A stretch of DNA of 64,000 nucleotides from NCBI RefSeq assembly GCF_003334785.1, contig NZ_QOWV01000010.1. The stretch is one strand, 5' to 3'. Source of the stretch: Escherichia coli. GTDB lineage: Bacteria; Pseudomonadota; Gammaproteobacteria; Enterobacterales; Enterobacteriaceae. Numbering within the stretch: position 1 is the stretch's first letter; every line of letters begins with the position of its first letter. Below, piece after piece: positions 13,045-25,219 of the stretch. The notes below the pieces were generated by a model. The model had not been told where the DNA came from. It was given only the letters and a program-made list of their open reading frames with translations, and ran no database searches. Made by a program: the position numbers and the translations under genes.

Positions 13045-13671
13045 TCAGAGATACAGCGAGCGGACGATCAGGAAGTGACCGGCAAAGTAGCAGGCCGCAG
13101 CAATCGCGTTATCCGCACGGAAGCGTCGGCGATAGTGGCTCCCCAGCCAGACAAAGTTACTGATAAACAGCAACGAAGCGCCAACAAACGCAGAGAGCGC
13201 CGGAGCGGTCGGACGGAAGAACCACAGTTCACCTGCCAGCCACACCATCACCAGCGTCATGCCGATAAACGTGCAGATAGGCCAACGGTACTCTTCCAGG
13301 CGCGTCCAGATAATCGCCAGTAACAGCGCACCCAGAACCAGCAGCACCAGTGGTAGAGGCCAGAAGAAAGAGAGCGTCATCTGACTGGCGAAATAGATGG
13401 TGTACAGCAGGTGCGAGAGGAAAAACGCGCCGATGGCGTACATCAGACGTTGACGTGGCAACAGGGTTAGCGCATCGCCCAGCAGTGAGGCGCACAGCCC
13501 TGCCAGCACCAGATAGCTAATGGCGTCGAACATCGGCGCTTGCCAGGCCAGTAACAGCAGGAGAAGAAGGGTTAACGGTTTAAACACCCAGCGTTGCCAG
13601 GTTGGCCCACGATACGATGCATCCACAGATAGCCATGCGGAAAGACAGACAGCGATAAACGACCAAAGCAT
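13045..13671 (-). CDS. yhhN: YhhN-family inner membrane protein
   Basis: 208-aa hydrophobic ORF; conserved position. Confidence 0.85.
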
Positions 13672-13811
13672 CTTAGTTCCTTGAATTCGTTATTTTTTCG
13701 TAAGCGGAATGCCTACGGTCTTGCTTCCAGTTTAGTGGCGAGGGTGGACGGATGACAACACCATAACTGGCAGGGTATGCTTATTTCCGCATTTTCCGAT
13801 GAGGGATAAAG

Positions 13812-14171
13812 ATGAGCAAACCACCTCTTTTCTTTATTGTTATCATTGGCTTAATTGTCGTCGCCGCATCGTTTCGTTTTATGCAACAGCGACGGGAAAA
13901 AGCTGATAATGATATGGCTCCGCTCCAGCAAAAGCTGGTGGTGGTGAGCAACAAGCGGGAAAAACCGATTAACGATCGCCGTTCGCGCCAGCAGGAAGTG
14001 ACTCCGGCAGGCACCAGTATACGCTATGAGGCAAGCTTCAAACCGCAAAGCGGAGGAATGGAGCAGACGTTTCGCCTCGACGCCCAGCAGTACCACGCCC
14101 TGACAGTGGGCGATAAAGGTACGCTGAGCTATAAAGGAACGCGCTTTGTCAGCTTTGTAGGCGAACAATAA
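13812..14171 (+). CDS. yhhM: Uncharacterised protein YhhM (N-terminal membrane anchor)
   Basis: 119-aa ORF, hydrophobic N-terminus; conserved position. Confidence 0.8.
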   Translation: MSKPPLFFIVIIGLIVVAASFRFMQQRREKADNDMAPLQQKLVVVSNKREKPINDRRSRQQEVTPAGTSIRYEASFKPQSGGMEQTFRLDAQQYHALTVGDKGTLSYKGTRFVSFVGEQ

Positions 14172-14173
14172 GG

Positions 14174-14443
14174 TTATTTTTTAACTTTAAATTTCTTCTG
14201 CCAGGCCAGCAGTTCAAACACGCCGAAAAGGAAAATCCGTACCTTTTCGGCGGTGGTCATCTGCGGGCCATCTTTCGGTAAAGTGGATTTCAATAGCGCC
14301 AGCTGCATACCATGCATCAGCACGGTAAAAATCAGCGCCACGTTAACGAAGATATTCAGCGGGCGTGGGAAGGGATGCACCAGGTTGAGGATTAAAAATC
14401 CCCAAACGCAGAGCATTAACAAACGACCAATATTAATCAGCAT
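14174..14443 (-). CDS. yhhL: Small membrane protein YhhL (DUF1145-like)
   Basis: Start chosen at MLINIGRLLML (89 aa); the longer 130-aa track ORF would overlap the rsmD 3' end extensively. Confidence 0.75.
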   Translation of the reverse strand: MLINIGRLLMLCVWGFLILNLVHPFPRPLNIFVNVALIFTVLMHGMQLALLKSTLPKDGPQMTTAEKVRIFLFGVFELLAWQKKFKVKK

Positions 14444-15029
14444 CACTTTCTCCTTGTGCTTCGCGTTGATACAGCCGATAAGCCACCTGACCCGCCACTT
14501 TTTCCCGATGTAATGACCAGTTTGCTGGAACAGTGGGCAGACCGTTTTCGACTTCGCTTTCGACATAAATCAGGGCTTCGTCAGCCAGCCAGCCGTTATC
14601 TTCCAGTAAATTTATCGTCTCTTCTAACAAGCCACGGCGGAACGGTGGATCGACAAACACGATATTATGCGGTGTACCTTTTTGCGCCAGGAATGACATC
14701 GCGTTGCTGTTCACCACGCGTGCATTGCCTGCTTTTAGTGTCGCCAGATTCTTAATTAACTGCTGAGAAACCGCGCGATCCATCTCAATCAACGTTGCCC
14801 CCGCAGCGTAGCGCGATAACGCTTCCAGCCCCAGCGCGCCGCTCCCGGCGAAGCAATCCAGACATTGGGCGTCAACAATGACCGGAGCCAGCCAGTTAAA
14901 CAACGTTTCGCGTACGCGGTCGGTGGTGGGGCGCAGACCTGGGCTATCAGGAACCGGGAGTTTACGGCCTCGCCACTGCCCGCCAATAATGCGGATTTGG
15001 CCGCTGCCGGAATGATTCGGTTTTTTCAT
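14433..15029 (-). CDS. rsmD: 16S rRNA m2G966 methyltransferase RsmD
   Basis: 198 aa; SAM-binding DCFAGSGALGLEA motif; divergent from ftsY. Confidence 0.9.
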   Translation of the reverse strand: MKKPNHSGSGQIRIIGGQWRGRKLPVPDSPGLRPTTDRVRETLFNWLAPVIVDAQCLDCFAGSGALGLEALSRYAAGATLIEMDRAVSQQLIKNLATLKAGNARVVNSNAMSFLAQKGTPHNIVFVDPPFRRGLLEETINLLEDNGWLADEALIYVESEVENGLPTVPANWSLHREKVAGQVAYRLYQREAQGESDAD

Positions 15030-15178
15030 GATAAATTGCTCAATCCGCCAGATAACACATACTTGCAGGCGGTGATGTGAATTAAGTTAAGTGATAGACT
15101 ATTTCATCATTTTTTTAGCTGCTATGTACATAGCGTTAACGCTGTGCCATGAAGCAACAGCGAGGAGTGTAGTCGCAA

Positions 15179-16672
15179 ATGGCGAAAGAAAAAAAACGTG
15201 GCTTTTTTTCCTGGCTGGGCTTTGGTCAAAAAGAGCAGACCCCGGAAAAAGAGACAGAAGTTCAGAATGAACAACCGGTTGTAGAAGAAATCGTTCAGGC
15301 GCAAGAGCCTGTGAAGGCCTCTGAACAAGCCGTTGAAGAGCAGCCGCAAGCGCATACTGAAGCCGAGGCGGAAACTTTTGCTGCCGACGTTGTGGAAGTC
15401 ACTGAACAGGTTGCTGAAAGTGAAAAAGCGCAGCCTGAAGCGGAAGTCGTTGCACAGCCGGAACCGGTCGTAGAAGAAACGCCGGAGCCAGTGGCTATCG
15501 AACGTGAAGAGCTGCCGTTGCCGGAAGACGTCAACGCCGAAGCGGTTTCGCCAGAAGAGTGGCAGGCTGAAGCGGAAACCGTAGAGATTGTCGAAGCGGC
15601 GGAAGAAGAAGCGGCTAAAGAAGAAATTACCGACGAAGAGCTGGAAACGGCGCTGGCTGCCGAAGCGGCAGAAGAGGCGGTGATGGTGGTTCCTCCGGCA
15701 GAAGAAGAGCAGCCGGTGGAAGAAATCGCTCAGGAGCAGGAAAAACCGACCAAAGAAGGTTTTTTCGCGCGCCTGAAACGCAGCCTGTTAAAAACCAAAG
15801 AAAATCTCGGTTCCGGATTTATCAGCCTGTTCCGCGGTAAAAAAATCGACGATGATCTGTTTGAGGAGCTGGAAGAGCAGCTTTTGATCGCCGATGTGGG
15901 TGTGGAAACCACACGTAAAATTATCACCAATCTGACGGAAGGCGCATCCCGCAAGCAGCTTCGTGACGCCGAGGCGCTCTATGGCCAGCTGAAAGAAGAG
16001 ATGGGCGAGATTCTGGCGAAAGTCGATGAGCCGCTGAATGTTGAAGGCAAAGCGCCGTTTGTGATCCTGATGGTGGGCGTCAACGGTGTGGGTAAAACCA
16101 CGACGATTGGTAAGCTGGCGCGTCAGTTTGAGCAGCAGGGTAAATCGGTGATGCTGGCGGCGGGTGATACTTTCCGTGCAGCTGCGGTTGAACAGCTTCA
16201 GGTCTGGGGTCAGCGCAACAATATTCCGGTGATTGCCCAGCATACCGGGGCGGATTCCGCCTCTGTTATCTTCGACGCCATTCAGGCAGCTAAAGCGCGT
16301 AATATCGACGTCCTGATTGCCGATACAGCCGGACGCCTGCAGAACAAATCGCACCTGATGGAAGAGTTGAAGAAAATCGTCCGCGTGATGAAGAAACTCG
16401 ACGTTGAAGCGCCGCATGAAGTTATGCTGACTATTGATGCCAGCACCGGGCAGAACGCGGTAAGCCAGGCCAAACTGTTCCATGAAGCCGTTGGCTTAAC
16501 CGGCATCACGCTAACGAAACTGGACGGCACGGCGAAAGGCGGGGTAATTTTCTCGGTGGCTGACCAGTTTGGTATCCCTATCCGCTACATTGGTGTCGGC
16601 GAACGTATTGAGGATTTGCGTCCGTTTAAGGCGGACGACTTTATAGAGGCACTTTTTGCCCGAGAGGATTAA
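15179..16672 (+). CDS. ftsY: Signal recognition particle receptor FtsY
   Basis: 497 aa; strongly acidic E/A-rich N-terminal domain; C-terminal SRP-GTPase domain (GVNGVGKTTT, DTAGR). Confidence 0.95.
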   Translation: MAKEKKRGFFSWLGFGQKEQTPEKETEVQNEQPVVEEIVQAQEPVKASEQAVEEQPQAHTEAEAETFAADVVEVTEQVAESEKAQPEAEVVAQPEPVVEETPEPVAIEREELPLPEDVNAEAVSPEEWQAEAETVEIVEAAEEEAAKEEITDEELETALAAEAAEEAVMVVPPAEEEQPVEEIAQEQEKPTKEGFFARLKRSLLKTKENLGSGFISLFRGKKIDDDLFEELEEQLLIADVGVETTRKIITNLTEGASRKQLRDAEALYGQLKEEMGEILAKVDEPLNVEGKAPFVILMVGVNGVGKTTTIGKLARQFEQQGKSVMLAAGDTFRAAAVEQLQVWGQRNNIPVIAQHTGADSASVIFDAIQAAKARNIDVLIADTAGRLQNKSHLMEELKKIVRVMKKLDVEAPHEVMLTIDASTGQNAVSQAKLFHEAVGLTGITLTKLDGTAKGGVIFSVADQFGIPIRYIGVGERIEDLRPFKADDFIEALFARED

Positions 16673-16674
16673 CA

Positions 16675-17343
16675 ATGATTCGCTTTGAACATGTCAGCAA
16701 GGCTTATCTCGGTGGGAGACAGGCGCTGCAGGGCGTTACGTTCCATATGCAGCCGGGTGAGATGGCGTTTCTGACCGGTCATTCCGGCGCAGGGAAAAGT
16801 ACCCTCCTGAAGCTGATCTGTGGGATTGAGCGGCCCAGCGCCGGGAAAATCTGGTTTAGCGGCCATGACATCACGCGTCTGAAAAACCGTGAAGTTCCGT
16901 TTCTGCGCCGCCAGATTGGCATGATTTTCCAGGATCACCATCTACTGATGGACCGTACTGTCTACGATAACGTGGCGATCCCGCTGATTATCGCCGGTGC
17001 CAGCGGTGACGATATTCGTCGCCGGGTGTCGGCGGCGCTGGATAAAGTCGGGCTACTGGACAAAGCGAAGAACTTCCCTATTCAGCTTTCGGGCGGTGAA
17101 CAACAGCGTGTTGGCATTGCCCGCGCGGTGGTGAACAAGCCCGCGGTACTGCTGGCGGACGAACCGACTGGTAACCTGGACGACGCGCTGTCGGAAGGCA
17201 TTTTACGTCTGTTTGAAGAGTTTAACCGCGTTGGGGTAACCGTATTGATGGCAACGCACGACATCAACCTGATCTCGCGGCGTTCCTATCGCATGCTCAC
17301 CCTGAGCGATGGTCACTTGCATGGAGGCGTGGGCCATGAATAA
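16675..17343 (+). CDS. ftsE: Cell-division ABC ATPase FtsE
   Basis: 222 aa; Walker [10 protein letters not shown], signature LSGGEQQRV. Confidence 0.95.
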
Positions 17344-18394
17344 GCGCGATGCAATCAATCATATTCGGCAGTTTGGCGGGCGTCTTGATCGCTTCCGTAA
17401 ATCGGTCGGCGGCTCAGGCGACGGCGGTCGTAACGCACCAAAACGCGCGAAATCCTCGCCAAAACCGGTAAATCGCAAAACCAACGTTTTCAACGAACAG
17501 GTGCGCTATGCCTTCCACGGCGCATTGCAGGATCTGAAAAGCAAACCGTTCGCCACGTTTTTAACGGTGATGGTTATCGCCATTTCTCTGACGCTGCCCA
17601 GCGTCTGTTATATGGTGTACAAAAACGTTAACCAGGCGGCGACGCAGTATTATCCGTCACCGCAAATCACTGTTTATCTGCAAAAAACGCTGGACGATGA
17701 CGCTGCTGCGGGCGTGGTGGCACAGTTGCAGGCCGAGCAAGGCGTGGAGAAAGTGAACTATCTTTCTCGTGAAGACGCACTGGGTGAGTTCCGTAACTGG
17801 TCTGGTTTTGGTGGTGCGCTGGATATGCTGGAAGAAAACCCGCTTCCGGCAGTGGCGGTGGTGATCCCGAAACTCGATTTCCAGGGGACGGAATCACTGA
17901 ATACGCTGCGTGATCGTATCACGCAGATTAACGGCATTGACGAAGTGCGGATGGATGACAGCTGGTTTGCCCGTCTGGCGGCGTTGACCGGGCTGGTCGG
18001 GCGCGTTTCGGCGATGATCGGCGTGTTGATGGTGGCGGCCGTGTTCCTCGTCATCGGTAACAGTGTGCGTCTGAGTATCTTTGCTCGCCGTGACTCCATT
18101 AACGTACAGAAACTGATTGGTGCGACAGATGGATTCATCCTGCGCCCGTTCCTGTATGGTGGCGCACTGCTGGGATTTTCTGGCGCATTGTTGTCATTAA
18201 TTTTGTCAGAAATTCTGGTGCTGCGATTGTCATCGGCGGTTGCGGAAGTGGCACAGGTTTTCGGAACGAAGTTTGATATCAATGGCTTATCATTCGATGA
18301 ATGCCTGCTATTGCTGCTGGTATGCTCGATGATTGGCTGGGTGGCAGCGTGGCTTGCCACGGTACAACATTTACGCCACTTTACGCCTGAATAA
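17336..18394 (+). CDS. ftsX: Cell-division ABC permease-like protein FtsX
   Basis: Start chosen at [10 protein letters not shown] (352 aa) giving an 8-nt overlap with the ftsE stop; the track ORF begins 9 codons upstream. Confidence 0.9.
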
Positions 18395-18411
18395 TAAAAG
18401 CGTGTTATACT

Positions 18412-18447
18412 CTTTCCCTGCAATGGGTTCCGTAGCAGGGAAAGAGA
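18412..18447 (+). terminator. Inverted repeat CTTTCCCTGC-N13-GCAGGGAAAG downstream of ftsX, upstream of rpoH
   Basis: 10-bp perfect arms read directly; lies inside the rpoH regulatory region so it could be a terminator or a regulatory hairpin. Confidence 0.4.
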
Positions 18448-18638
18448 CCCCGTTGTCTCTTCCCGGTATTTCATCTCTATGTCACATTTTGTGCGTAATT
18501 TATTCACAAGCTTGCATTGAACTTGTGGATAAAATCACGGTCTGATAAAACAGTGAATGATAACCTCGTTGCTCTTAAGCTCTGGCACAGTTGTTGCTAC
18601 CACTGAAGCGCCAGAAGATATCGATTGAGAGGATTTGA

Positions 18639-19493
18639 ATGACTGACAAAATGCAAAGTTTAGCTTTAGCCCCAGTTGGCAACCTGGATTCCTACATCCG
18701 GGCAGCTAACGCGTGGCCGATGTTGTCGGCTGACGAGGAGCGGGCGCTGGCTGAAAAGCTGCATTACCATGGCGATCTGGAAGCAGCTAAAACGCTGATC
18801 CTGTCTCACCTGCGGTTTGTTGTTCATATTGCTCGTAATTATGCGGGCTATGGCCTGCCACAGGCGGATTTGATTCAGGAAGGTAACATCGGCCTGATGA
18901 AAGCAGTGCGCCGTTTCAACCCGGAAGTGGGTGTGCGCCTGGTCTCCTTCGCCGTTCACTGGATCAAAGCAGAGATCCACGAATACGTTCTGCGTAACTG
19001 GCGTATCGTCAAAGTTGCGACCACCAAAGCGCAGCGCAAACTGTTCTTCAACCTGCGTAAAACCAAGCAGCGTCTGGGCTGGTTTAACCAGGATGAAGTC
19101 GAAATGGTGGCCCGTGAACTGGGCGTAACCAGCAAAGACGTACGTGAGATGGAATCACGTATGGCGGCACAGGACATGACCTTTGACCTGTCTTCCGACG
19201 ACGATTCCGACAGCCAGCCGATGGCTCCGGTGCTCTATCTGCAGGATAAATCATCTAACTTTGCCGACGGCATTGAAGATGATAACTGGGAAGAGCAGGC
19301 GGCAAACCGTCTGACCGACGCGATGCAGGGTCTGGACGAACGCAGCCAGGACATCATCCGTGCGCGCTGGCTGGACGAAGACAACAAGTCCACGTTGCAG
19401 GAACTGGCTGACCGTTACGGCGTTTCCGCTGAGCGTGTACGCCAGCTGGAAAAGAACGCGATGAAAAAATTGCGTGCTGCCATTGAAGCGTAA
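18639..19493 (+). CDS. rpoH: RNA polymerase sigma-32 heat-shock factor
   Basis: 284 aa; sigma-70 family regions 2 and 4; RpoH-box-like [15 protein letters not shown]. Confidence 0.96.
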   Translation: MTDKMQSLALAPVGNLDSYIRAANAWPMLSADEERALAEKLHYHGDLEAAKTLILSHLRFVVHIARNYAGYGLPQADLIQEGNIGLMKAVRRFNPEVGVRLVSFAVHWIKAEIHEYVLRNWRIVKVATTKAQRKLFFNLRKTKQRLGWFNQDEVEMVARELGVTSKDVREMESRMAAQDMTFDLSSDDDSDSQPMAPVLYLQDKSSNFADGIEDDNWEEQAANRLTDAMQGLDERSQDIIRARWLDEDNKSTLQELADRYGVSAERVRQLEKNAMKKLRAAIEA

Positions 19494-19512
19494 TTTCCGC
19501 TATTAAGCAGAG

Positions 19513-19549
19513 AACCCTGGATGAGAGTCCGGGGTTTTTGTTTTTTGGG
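19513..19549 (+). terminator. rpoH intrinsic terminator
   Basis: Hairpin AACCCTGGA-loop-TCCGGGGTT (one G-U pair) followed by TTTTGTTTTTT, 20 bp after the rpoH stop. Confidence 0.7.
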
Positions 19550-19763
19550 CCTCTGTAATAATCAATTTCCCCTCCGGCAAAACGCCAATCCCCACGCAGA
19601 TTGTTAATAAACTGTCAAAATAGCTATTCCAATATCATAAAAATCGGGTATGTTTTAGCAGAGTATGCTGCTAAAGCACGGGTAGTCATGCATAAAACGA
19701 AACAAAGTGCTGAAAAACAACATCACAACACACGTAATAACCAGAAGAATGGGGATTCTCAGG

Positions 19764-20867
19764 ATGAACATAAAGGGTAAAGCGTTACTGGCAGGATGTA
19801 TCGCGCTGGCATTCAGCAATATGGCTCTGGCAGAAGATATTAAAGTCGCGGTCGTGGGCGCAATGTCCGGTCCGGTTGCGCAGTACGGTGACCAGGAGTT
19901 TACCGGCGCAGAGCAGGCGGTTGCGGATATCAACGCTAAAGGCGGCATTAAAGGCAACAAACTGCAAATCGTAAAATATGACGATGCCTGTGACCCGAAA
20001 CAGGCGGTTGCGGTGGCGAACAAAGTCGTTAACGACGGCATTAAATATGTGATTGGTCACCTCTGTTCTTCATCAACGCAGCCTGCGTCTGACATCTACG
20101 AAGACGAAGGCATTTTAATGATCACCCCAGCGGCAACCGCGCCGGAGCTGACCGCCCGTGGCTATCAGCTGATCCTGCGCACCACCGGCCTGGACTCCGA
20201 CCAGGGGCCGACGGCGGCGAAATATATTCTTGAGAAAGTGAAACCGCAGCGTATTGCTATCGTTCACGACAAACAGCAATACGGCGAAGGTCTGGCGCGA
20301 GCGGTGCAGGACGGCCTGAAGAAAGGCAATGCAAACGTGGTGTTCTTTGATGGCATCACCGCCGGGGAAAAAGATTTCTCAACGCTGGTGGCGCGTCTGA
20401 AAAAAGAGAATATCGACTTCGTTTACTACGGCGGTTATCACCCGGAAATGGGGCAAATCCTGCGTCAGGCACGCGCGGCAGGGCTGAAAACTCAGTTTAT
20501 GGGGCCGGAAGGTGTGGCTAACGTTTCGCTGTCTAACATTGCGGGCGAATCAGCGGAAGGGCTGCTGGTGACCAAGCCGAAGAACTACGATCAGGTTCCG
20601 GCGAACAAACCCATTGTTGACGCGATCAAAGCGAAAAAACAGGACCCAAGTGGCGCATTCGTTTGGACCACCTACGCCGCGCTGCAATCTTTGCAGGCGG
20701 GCCTGAATCAGTCTGACGATCCGGCTGAAATCGCCAAATACCTGAAAGCGAACTCCGTGGATACCGTAATGGGACCGCTGACCTGGGATGAGAAAGGCGA
20801 TCTGAAAGGCTTTGAGTTCGGCGTATTTGACTGGCACGCCAACGGCACGGCGACCGATGCGAAGTAA
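19764..20867 (+). CDS. livJ: Periplasmic Leu/Ile/Val-binding protein
   Basis: Start chosen at [23 protein letters not shown] (signal peptide; 367 aa) within the 386-aa track ORF; about 80% identical to the livK product further on. Confidence 0.93.
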   Translation: MNIKGKALLAGCIALAFSNMALAEDIKVAVVGAMSGPVAQYGDQEFTGAEQAVADINAKGGIKGNKLQIVKYDDACDPKQAVAVANKVVNDGIKYVIGHLCSSSTQPASDIYEDEGILMITPAATAPELTARGYQLILRTTGLDSDQGPTAAKYILEKVKPQRIAIVHDKQQYGEGLARAVQDGLKKGNANVVFFDGITAGEKDFSTLVARLKKENIDFVYYGGYHPEMGQILRQARAAGLKTQFMGPEGVANVSLSNIAGESAEGLLVTKPKNYDQVPANKPIVDAIKAKKQDPSGAFVWTTYAALQSLQAGLNQSDDPAEIAKYLKANSVDTVMGPLTWDEKGDLKGFEFGVFDWHANGTATDAK

Positions 20868-20926
20868 TCATTAATCGGCAACTTTGGGTTGCCGCCAAAT
20901 TGCTAATATCGAGTACGTTGCTTCAT

Positions 20927-21026
<100 letters not shown>

Positions 21027-21054
21027 ATATCACTTTTGAAATCAAACTTGACGA

Positions 21055-21438
21055 TTAACACTTCTCCCAGCCGCCCTGTTGTGCCGTAAACCCCAGCGCC
21101 TGCATAAACGCCGTCATCACACCGCGATCTTCCACGCCTGCATCCGCCATCCACCAGCATGAAACGCCAGGATTGTTACGCAAAACCTCTTCCAGCAGAT
21201 ATTGCCCCACACCGCGACGGCGGGTGACTTCCCGCACGCGCAGGGAATCCAGTGCTCCCTCGGTGCCGCTTAAGGTTACCCGCACGGCAGCGAGCAGGCG
21301 CTCGTTAAAACGCGCGGCGTAGATACGGTGGTTATCGTCAACCTGTAACGAGGAAGGGGAATACTCCGGCCAGATCTTTTGCAGGTCAATCCGGTCTTGG
21401 TCGCTAAATTTTTCTAATCGAATGATGGTCAGCTTCAT
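21055..21438 (-). CDS. panM: PanD maturation factor (GNAT-fold)
   Basis: 127-aa ORF; conserved position between livJ and livK; recognised from memory (panZ/yhhK). Confidence 0.85.
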   Translation of the reverse strand: MKLTIIRLEKFSDQDRIDLQKIWPEYSPSSLQVDDNHRIYAARFNERLLAAVRVTLSGTEGALDSLRVREVTRRRGVGQYLLEEVLRNNPGVSCWWMADAGVEDRGVMTAFMQALGFTAQQGGWEKC

Positions 21439-21861
21439 GGGTAACCCGTGTAAATCACAAAAGTGGAACCAGTGTAGCGAAATAATTTAATCGGAGGCTT
21501 TCTCTTTTTTATTTCTTTTGGCAGGTGATTAATTTTTTAACAGCAATAATTACAAAGTTAAAACATTAGAGAATGAAAAATGTCCAGCATAATCCCCTGA
21601 ATGATAGTGAATTATTCCGCCCTTTGTGCCGTTATTTTATGCTGACAAAGGCACTTTTTTCTGTTTATCTATCAATAAATTCAGAATATTATCTGTTCTT
21701 AATCGACTGAAAAATAGGGATTTTAATCGCTATTATCACAAAATACTGCGCTAACCCCTTAATCAGACAGGCAAAAACAGTGCAGTATAAAAAAAGAACA
21801 GTCTGATTTGTTAACACATAAAAACAAAGCAACACAACATCACGAATGGGGATTTTTGACT

Positions 21862-22971
21862 ATGAAACGGAATGCGAAAACTATCATCGCAGGGATGATT
21901 GCACTGGCAATTTCACACACCGCTATGGCTGACGATATTAAAGTCGCCGTTGTCGGCGCGATGTCCGGCCCGATTGCCCAGTGGGGCGATATGGAATTTA
22001 ACGGCGCGCGTCAGGCAATTAAAGACATTAATGCCAAAGGGGGAATTAAGGGCGATAAACTGGTTGGCGTGGAATATGACGACGCATGCGACCCGAAACA
22101 AGCCGTTGCGGTCGCCAACAAAATCGTTAATGACGGCATTAAATACGTTATTGGTCATCTGTGTTCTTCTTCTACCCAGCCTGCGTCAGATATCTATGAA
22201 GACGAAGGTATTCTGATGATCTCGCCGGGAGCGACCAACCCGGAGCTGACCCAACGCGGTTATCAACACATTATGCGTACTGCCGGGCTGGACTCTTCCC
22301 AGGGGCCAACGGCGGCAAAATACATTCTTGAGACGGTGAAGCCCCAGCGCATCGCCATCATTCACGACAAACAACAGTATGGCGAAGGGCTGGCGCGTTC
22401 GGTGCAGGACGGGCTGAAAGCGGCTAACGCCAACGTCGTCTTCTTCGACGGTATTACCGCCGGGGAGAAAGATTTCTCCGCGCTGATCGCCCGCCTGAAA
22501 AAAGAAAACATCGACTTCGTTTACTACGGCGGTTACTACCCGGAAATGGGGCAGATGCTGCGCCAGGCCCGTTCCGTTGGCCTGAAAACCCAGTTTATGG
22601 GGCCGGAAGGTGTGGGTAATGCGTCGTTGTCGAACATTGCCGGTGATGCCGCCGAAGGCATGTTGGTCACTATGCCAAAACGCTATGACCAGGATCCGGC
22701 AAACCAGGGCATCGTTGATGCGCTGAAAGCAGACAAGAAAGATCCGTCCGGGCCTTATGTCTGGATCACCTACGCGGCGGTGCAATCTCTGGCGACTGCC
22801 CTTGAGCGTACCGGCAGCGATGAGCCGCTGGCGCTGGTGAAAGATTTAAAAGCTAACGGTGCAAACACCGTGATTGGGCCGCTGAACTGGGATGAAAAAG
22901 GCGATCTTAAGGGATTTGATTTTGGTGTCTTCCAGTGGCACGCCGACGGTTCATCCACGGCAGCCAAGTGA
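21862..22971 (+). CDS. livK: Periplasmic leucine-specific binding protein
   Basis: Start chosen at [23 protein letters not shown] (signal peptide; 369 aa); paralog of livJ; first gene of livKHMGF. Confidence 0.93.
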
Positions 22972-23018
22972 TCATCCCACCGCCCGTAAAATGCGGGCGG
23001 GTTTAGAAAGGTTACCTT

Positions 23019-23945
23019 ATGTCTGAGCAGTTTTTGTATTTCTTGCAGCAGATGTTTAACGGCGTCACGCTGGGCAGTACCTACGCGCTGATAGCCATCG
23101 GCTACACCATGGTTTACGGCATTATCGGCATGATCAACTTCGCCCACGGCGAGGTTTATATGATTGGCAGCTACGTCTCATTTATGATCATCGCCGCGCT
23201 GATGATGATGGGCATTGATACCGGCTGGCTGCTGGTAGCTGCGGGATTCGTCGGCGCAATCGTCATTGCCAGCGCCTACGGCTGGAGTATCGAACGGGTG
23301 GCTTACCGCCCGGTGCGTAACTCTAAGCGCCTGATTGCACTCATCTCTGCAATCGGTATGTCCATCTTCCTGCAAAACTACGTCAGCCTGACCGAAGGTT
23401 CGCGCGACGTGGCGCTGCCGAGCCTGTTTAACGGTCAGTGGGTGGTGGGGCATAGCGAAAACTTCTCTGCCTCTATTACCACCATGCAGGCGGTGATCTG
23501 GATTGTTACCTTCCTCGCCATGCTGGCGCTGACGATTTTCATTCGCTATTCCCGCATGGGTCGCGCGTGTCGTGCCTGCGCGGAAGATCTGAAAATGGCG
23601 AGTCTGCTTGGCATTAACACCGACCGGGTGATTGCGCTGACCTTTGTGATTGGCGCGGCGATGGCGGCGGTGGCGGGTGTGCTGCTCGGTCAGTTCTACG
23701 GCGTCATTAACCCCTACATCGGCTTTATGGCCGGGATGAAAGCCTTTACCGCGGCGGTGCTCGGTGGGATTGGCAGCATTCCGGGAGCGATGATTGGCGG
23801 CCTGATTCTGGGGATTGCGGAGGCGCTCTCTTCTGCCTATCTGAGTACGGAATATAAAGATGTGGTCTCATTCGCCCTGCTGATTCTGGTGCTGCTGGTG
23901 ATGCCGACCGGTATTCTGGGTCGCCCGGAGGTAGAGAAAGTATGA
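23019..23945 (+). CDS. livH: Branched-chain amino acid ABC permease
   Basis: 308-aa hydrophobic ORF; 4-nt overlap with livM. Confidence 0.93.
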   Translation: MSEQFLYFLQQMFNGVTLGSTYALIAIGYTMVYGIIGMINFAHGEVYMIGSYVSFMIIAALMMMGIDTGWLLVAAGFVGAIVIASAYGWSIERVAYRPVRNSKRLIALISAIGMSIFLQNYVSLTEGSRDVALPSLFNGQWVVGHSENFSASITTMQAVIWIVTFLAMLALTIFIRYSRMGRACRACAEDLKMASLLGINTDRVIALTFVIGAAMAAVAGVLLGQFYGVINPYIGFMAGMKAFTAAVLGGIGSIPGAMIGGLILGIAEALSSAYLSTEYKDVVSFALLILVLLVMPTGILGRPEVEKV

Positions 23946-25219
23946 AACCGATGCATATTGCAATGGCGCTGCTCTCTGCCGCGATGTTCTTTGTGCTGGC
24001 GGGCGTCTTTATGGGCGTGCAACTGGAGCTGGATGGCACCAAACTGGTGGTCGACACGGCTTCGGATGTCCGTTGGCAGTGGGTGTTTATCGGCACGGCG
24101 GTGGTCTTTTTCTTCCAGCTTTTGCGACCGGCTTTCCAGAAAGGGTTGAAAAGCGTTTCCGGACCGAAGTTTATTCTGCCCGCCATTGATGGCTCCACGG
24201 TGAAGCAGAAACTGTTCCTCGTGGCGCTGTTGGTGCTTGCGGTGGCGTGGCCGTTTATGGTTTCACGCGGGACGGTGGATATTGCCACCCTGACCATGAT
24301 CTACATTATCCTCGGTCTCGGGCTGAACGTGGTTGTTGGTCTTTCTGGTCTGCTGGTGCTGGGGTACGGCGGTTTTTACGCCATCGGCGCTTACACTTTT
24401 GCGCTGCTCAATCACTATTACGGCTTGGGCTTCTGGACCTGCCTGCCGATTGCTGGATTAATGGCAGCGGCGGCGGGCTTCCTGCTCGGTTTTCCGGTGC
24501 TGCGTTTGCGCGGTGACTATCTGGCGATCGTTACCCTCGGTTTCGGCGAAATTGTGCGCATATTGCTGCTCAATAACACCGAAATTACCGGCGGCCCGAA
24601 CGGAATCAGTCAGATCCCGAAACCGACACTCTTCGGACTCGAGTTCAGCCGTACCGCTCGTGAAGGCGGCTGGGACACGTTCAGTAATTTCTTTGGCCTG
24701 AAATACGATCCCTCCGATCGTGTCATCTTCCTCTACCTGGTGGCGTTGCTGCTGGTGGTGCTAAGCCTGTTTGTCATTAACCGCCTGCTGCGGATGCCGC
24801 TGGGGCGTGCGTGGGAAGCGTTGCGTGAAGATGAAATCGCCTGCCGTTCGCTGGGCTTAAGCCCGCGTCGTATCAAGCTGACTGCCTTTACCATAAGTGC
24901 CGCGTTTGCCGGTTTTGCCGGAACGCTGTTTGCGGCGCGTCAGGGCTTTGTCAGCCCGGAATCCTTCACCTTTGCCGAATCGGCGTTTGTGCTGGCGATA
25001 GTGGTGCTCGGCGGTATGGGCTCGCAATTTGCGGTGATTCTGGCGGCAATTTTGCTGGTGGTGTCGCGCGAGTTGATGCGTGATTTCAACGAATACAGCA
25101 TGTTAATGCTCGGTGGTTTGATGGTGCTGATGATGATCTGGCGTCCGCAGGGCTTGCTGCCCATGACGCGCCCGCAACTGAAGCTGAAAAACGGCGCAGC
25201 GAAAGGAGAGCAGGCATGA
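23942..25219 (+). CDS. livM: Branched-chain amino acid ABC permease
   Basis: 425-aa hydrophobic ORF; 4-nt overlap with livG. Confidence 0.93.
   Translation: MKPMHIAMALLSAAMFFVLAGVFMGVQLELDGTKLVVDTASDVRWQWVFIGTAVVFFFQLLRPAFQKGLKSVSGPKFILPAIDGSTVKQKLFLVALLVLAVAWPFMVSRGTVDIATLTMIYIILGLGLNVVVGLSGLLVLGYGGFYAIGAYTFALLNHYYGLGFWTCLPIAGLMAAAAGFLLGFPVLRLRGDYLAIVTLGFGEIVRILLLNNTEITGGPNGISQIPKPTLFGLEFSRTAREGGWDTFSNFFGLKYDPSDRVIFLYLVALLLVVLSLFVINRLLRMPLGRAWEALREDEIACRSLGLSPRRIKLTAFTISAAFAGFAGTLFAARQGFVSPESFTFAESAFVLAIVVLGGMGSQFAVILAAILLVVSRELMRDFNEYSMLMLGGLMVLMMIWRPQGLLPMTRPQLKLKNGAAKGEQA

Noticed and set aside
15788-16483. 231-aa minus-strand ORF inside ftsY
   Set aside because: Antisense to the SRP-receptor GTPase domain; no recognisable motifs.
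17758-18507. 249-aa minus-strand ORF antisense to ftsX
   Set aside because: Antisense shadow ORF; Ser/Arg/Thr-rich, overlapping a conserved essential gene.
22186-22785. 199-aa minus-strand ORF antisense to livK
   Set aside because: Antisense shadow ORF within a conserved binding-protein gene.
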